Positions 60,580 to 64,000 of a DNA stretch of 64,000 bases are shown here, one piece after another. The stretch comes from Terriglobia bacterium (GTDB taxonomy: Bacteria; Acidobacteriota; Terriglobia; 20CM-2-55-15): the NCBI GenBank assembly GCA_965218585.1, contig CBDCLE010000011.1, positions 32,001 to 96,000 of the forward strand, given 5' to 3'. A model generated the notes under the pieces. It had not been told where the DNA came from. It saw nothing but the letters and a program-made list of their open reading frames with translations, and ran no database searches. A program made the position numbers and the translations under genes. Within the stretch, counting starts at the first letter, position 1. The number at the start of each line of letters is the position of its first letter.

Positions 60580-61389
60580 GGGCCGAGATTATATACGAGC
60601 GCGTGGTGAAGCCGGACGAAGGTATCGACAGACAGGTCTTCGGCCCGGGCATCCGGGGGGACACCTTCGTGCTCGAATGTCTTGAGGAGCCCATCGCGTC
60701 CGTGGCCGGGAAACGAGGGCACAAGATTGTTTACGAGTTTCTTTCGCCGGGAGGAAAAAGCCTGTTTGACGAAAAGCATGAAGTTCGGGGAGTCAACGGT
60801 ATCGGCGCGCCATGTCATGCGAATCATGCGCGACCACACCTTGGGTTTGGGTGTGAAAGCGCCCGGTGGCACCCTGAATCCGCCTTCTGTCTCCGCGTAA
60901 TACTGTATGCCCACCGAAAGAACTCCGTACTGGCGGGACCCAGGATCTGCAAGTATCCGGTCTGCGACTTCCTTTTGAAGCATGACCGTGACGGATGCGA
61001 TTGACCCACGTGCCTGGGTAAATCGCTCGATCAAAGGAGTGGCGACGTTGTAGGGCAGATTCGCGACGATGTGGTACGGAGAGTCCGAAAGCCGAGTGAA
61101 GTCCATTTCAAGAGCGTCGCCCTCGATGATCTCGACGTTGGAGGAAACGCGGGTCCGAAGAGCCCTAACCAGATCAGAATCGACCTCAATCGTGACGACG
61201 CGTCTCACCCGCCCGGCCAGAGTCCGGGTCAGCGTGCCTTTCCCCGGGCCTATTTCGATGACTGTGTCCAGGCTTCCAACCCGGCGAGAAGTCGACGATC
61301 TTTCGAAGAATACGGGGATCAGAGAGGAAGTGTTGGCCGAGACGTTTCTTAGGCACTTGAGAGGGCTGCTGGTTCACTGTCTGGGACAA
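60576..61389 (-). CDS. rsmA: 16S rRNA dimethyltransferase RsmA/KsgA (frameshift near 61283)
   Basis: KKRLGQHFL.D in ORF 61186..61389; VIEIGPGKG, ANLPYN, MLQKEVA, F.P.PKV.S in the other frame. Confidence 0.9.
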
Positions 61390-61390
61390 A

Positions 61391-61466
<76 letters not shown>

Positions 61467-61693
61467 GTGCTACACGGCTCGAAACACGGATCGTAGCCGA
61501 ACCACCATTTGTACCATTGAAAGGTACCCAAAGCAAACCTGGTAGTCGGTCCCACTTTTGGGGCTATTTGTGTAATCCAGGCTACACACGTGTCGAAATA
61601 TCGCTTCCCCCCTTTGACACGCCCGGCAAAAATACGTGTAATTGTAAGCCCGCTTACGGGGTCTACTTATTTTCAAAGCATCAGGAGGACGTT

Positions 61694-62353
61694 ATGCCAC
61701 TTCGGTTGGGGGCCACCGCGCCCGATTTTACTGCGGACACGACGGAAGGATCGGTCCAATTCCATGATTGGATTGGGGATGGTTGGGCCGTGCTGTTTTC
61801 GCATCCTAAGGATTTCACACCTGTCTGTACGACCGAATTGGGGTACGTGGCCAAGCTCAAGCCTGAATTCGACAAGCGCAACACGAAGGTCATCGGACTC
61901 AGTGTCGACTCGGTTGAAGATCACATAGGCTGGTCGAAGGACATCGAGGAGACGCAGGGTGTCGCCCCGAACTATCCGATGATCGGTGACCCCGAACTCA
62001 AAGTCGCCAAGCTCTATGACATGCTGCCTGAAGACACCGAAGGTGGGGCCAAGGGCCGGACTGCGGCGGACAACATGACGGTTCGTAATGTCTATGTCAT
62101 TGGTCCGGACAAGCAGATCAAGCTCATCATCACCTATCCGATGGCAACGGGACGGAACTTCGACGAACTGCTTCGCGTCATCGACTCGCTTCAGCTGACC
62201 GCGAACCACAAGGTCGCGACACCGGCGAACTGGAAGGACGGTGACGACTGCATCATTGTCCCGGCCGTGTCCGACGAAGCCGCGAAAGAAAAATACCCTG
62301 ATGGATGGAAAACACTAAAGCCGTATCTGCGGATCGTGAAGCAACCGAAATAA
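61694..62353 (+). CDS. 1-Cys peroxiredoxin (Prx6)
   Basis: FSHPKDFTPVCTTE, GRNFDE, VATPANW; AGGAGG RBS. Confidence 0.95.
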   Translation: MPLRLGATAPDFTADTTEGSVQFHDWIGDGWAVLFSHPKDFTPVCTTELGYVAKLKPEFDKRNTKVIGLSVDSVEDHIGWSKDIEETQGVAPNYPMIGDPELKVAKLYDMLPEDTEGGAKGRTAADNMTVRNVYVIGPDKQIKLIITYPMATGRNFDELLRVIDSLQLTANHKVATPANWKDGDDCIIVPAVSDEAAKEKYPDGWKTLKPYLRIVKQPK

Positions 62354-62356
62354 GGT

Positions 62357-62438
62357 AAATAGGGGACAAATAAATAGGGGACAGTGAGCGATTTCAGTAT
62401 GAAGAAATTGCTCACTGTCCCCTATTTATCCCCTATTT
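62357..62438. repeat. Long nested palindrome (GGGGACAGTGAGC family)
   Basis: 26-bp arms (62370-62395 / 62404-62429, one mismatch) plus outer AAATAGGGGA/TCCCCTATTT. Confidence 0.8.
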
Positions 62439-62444
62439 GATTCT

Positions 62445-62804
62445 ATGCTCATATCAGAGGTCCTGGCGTCTCACAAAGAATGGCTGGAGTCCGACGGCTC
62501 GCGTGGCGAGCGCGCCCAACTTCAGAACACCGTACTGCAACAAGCCGACCTGCATGATGCGAACCTTGAGCGTGCCGACCTGAGCGGTGCGAAACTCAGC
62601 GTTGCGGATCTGATGCGGGCCAATCTGCGTGGAGCCAACCTTCAGGGTGCGGATCTCTGGATGTCGGACATGAAGGACACGATTCTGGACGGGACGGACC
62701 TGCGTGGGGCAAACCTCGCCGAAGTGACCGGCCTCAAGGCGAACCAGCTTGCCCAGGCTGTGGTCGACACCAAGACCCAACTTCCCGACACATTGGCCGA
62801 CTGA
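62445..62804 (+). CDS. Pentapeptide repeat protein
   Basis: H..WLESDG..GERA start; A(D/N)Lxx repeats. Confidence 0.9.
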   Translation: MLISEVLASHKEWLESDGSRGERAQLQNTVLQQADLHDANLERADLSGAKLSVADLMRANLRGANLQGADLWMSDMKDTILDGTDLRGANLAEVTGLKANQLAQAVVDTKTQLPDTLAD

Positions 62805-62825
62805 TTTCAAACTGCGGTCTCGGTT

Positions 62826-62847
62826 GTGCGCTCCAAGAGCCACCTAC
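62826..62847 (-). repeat. Degenerate GTAG-type REP element
   Basis: GTGCGCTC-CAA-GAGC(-)CAC-CTAC; one base shorter than 23409-23431. Confidence 0.6.
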
Positions 62848-62883
62848 AGCCCCCGCGGTGCCTCTGTGGTTCGCTTCTTCGAG

Positions 62884-64000
62884 TTAACGGTAGGCGGAGA
62901 TGCCCGTGATGGCTTCTCCAAGGATCAGCGTATGCATATGGTCGGTTCCTTCATACGTATAGACTGACTCGAGGTTGACCATGTGGCGAAAGACCGGATA
63001 CTCCAACGTCACGCCGTTGGCTCCCATCAGGTCCCGGGCGAGGCGTGCGGTCCGCAGGCCGACGCGAACGTTATTGCGCTTTGCGAGGGAAGTTCGTGCG
63101 TAGTTTGAAGTCCCTGCTTCTCTGAGCTTTCCCAGCCTCCAGGCCAGCAGCTGACCTTTCGTGATTTCACTCAGCATGTCGGCGAGCTTTTCCTGAACCA
63201 GTTGAAACGAGGCGATCGGACGGTCGAACTGCGTCCGTCCCTGCGTATAATCAGCCGCCCAGCCGTAGCAGTTCATTGCGGCACCGATGGCACCCCACGC
63301 AATGCCGTAACGTGCGTGGTCCAGGCAGCCGAGGGCGCTCTTAAGCCCGCTGGTTGCTGGAAGGCGGTTGTCCTCCGGTATCTCGACGTCGTCCAGGATC
63401 AGGTCCGAAGTGACAGATGCTCTGAGCGACAGTTTCTTTTTGATCTCCGGAGCCGCGAATCCCGGCCGATCCGTTTCGACAATGAATCCCTGTATGTTGC
63501 CGTCATCGTCCTTGGCCCAGACGATGGCAATGTCGGCAATGGACCCGTTGGTAATCCAACGTTTGGTTCCGTTGAGCGCCCACATTTCTCCGTTACGCCG
63601 CGCCCGGGTTTCCATGCCGCCAGGGTCGGAGCCATGGTCTGGTTCGGTCAAACCGAAGCAGCCGATCTTTTCTCCCTTTGCCAGGAGTGGAAGCCAAAGC
63701 CGCTTCTGCTCTTCGGAACCATAAGAATAGATGGGTTGCATAACCAGCGCGCCCTGGACGCTGACGAAACTTCTCAGGCCGCTGTCGCCGGCTTCCAGTT
63801 CCTGCATCATGAGGCCATAGGCCACGCTGTTCATGCCTGCGCATCCGTACTCTTCGGGCAAGTTGGCTCCGTAGAGGCCAAGTCCCGCCATCTGGGGAAT
63901 GAGTTCGGCTGGGAAGGTGGCTGCTTCGAAGTGGTCTTCGATGATGGGATCGACGTGGTCGTTGACGAATCCGCGGATCGTGTCGCGGACCATTCGTTCC
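62884..64000 (-). CDS. gcdH: Acyl-CoA dehydrogenase, glutaryl-CoA dehydrogenase-like (5' end beyond the window)
   Basis: ELEAGDSGLRSFVSVQ, GCFGLTEPDHGSDP, LSLRASVT, ARYGIAWG, NLESVYTYEGT. Confidence 0.85.
   Translation of the reverse strand, partial: ERMVRDTIRGFVNDHVDPIIEDHFEAATFPAELIPQMAGLGLYGANLPEEYGCAGMNSVAYGLMMQELEAGDSGLRSFVSVQGALVMQPIYSYGSEEQKRLWLPLLAKGEKIGCFGLTEPDHGSDPGGMETRARRNGEMWALNGTKRWITNGSIADIAIVWAKDDDGNIQGFIVETDRPGFAAPEIKKKLSLRASVTSDLILDDVEIPEDNRLPATSGLKSALGCLDHARYGIAWGAIGAAMNCYGWAADYTQGRTQFDRPIASFQLVQEKLADMLSEITKGQLLAWRLGKLREAGTSNYARTSLAKRNNVRVGLRTARLARDLMGANGVTLEYPVFRHMVNLESVYTYEGTDHMHTLILGEAITGISAYR

Overview
Bacterial chromosomal window, about 60% GC by eye. The gene content (DUF507 pair, bshB1, Ser/Thr kinase-PD40 fusion, DUF6152-type secreted proteins, GAF-ANTAR) suggests Acidobacteriota; this is inference. 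Bases 1-8.4 kb hold a minus-strand cluster of apparently exported proteins: a FAH-family hydrolase with a signal peptide, a Tat-signal HD/PhnZ-like protein, a B3-like metallo-beta-lactamase-fold enzyme, a ligand-less pseudo-MBL, and four paralogs of an unnamed Cys-bracketed domain. This cluster is the best candidate for an undescribed system. The rest is housekeeping and accessory genes: gntK-gnd, an acyl-ligase/ACP/acyltransferase fusion, M48 and M28 peptidases, ribF, ribA, mazG, moaD-E, ftsB, pgm, ftsK, uppP, rnj, rsmA, a peroxiredoxin, gcdH, and three tRNAs (Asp, fMet, Glu). Four IS elements of four families (IS21, IS1182, IS3, IS701) have both ends intact. Three split genes with clean target duplications. 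The fourth joins a broken palindrome to an integrase stub beside tRNA-fMet, which looks like the scar of a deleted island. A GTAG-type REP family shows compensatory stem changes, and one REP doublet is cut by an IS481-like end. Several homopolymer frameshifts, including ones in ftsK and rsmA, are probably long-read consensus errors. No CRISPR array or rRNA was seen.
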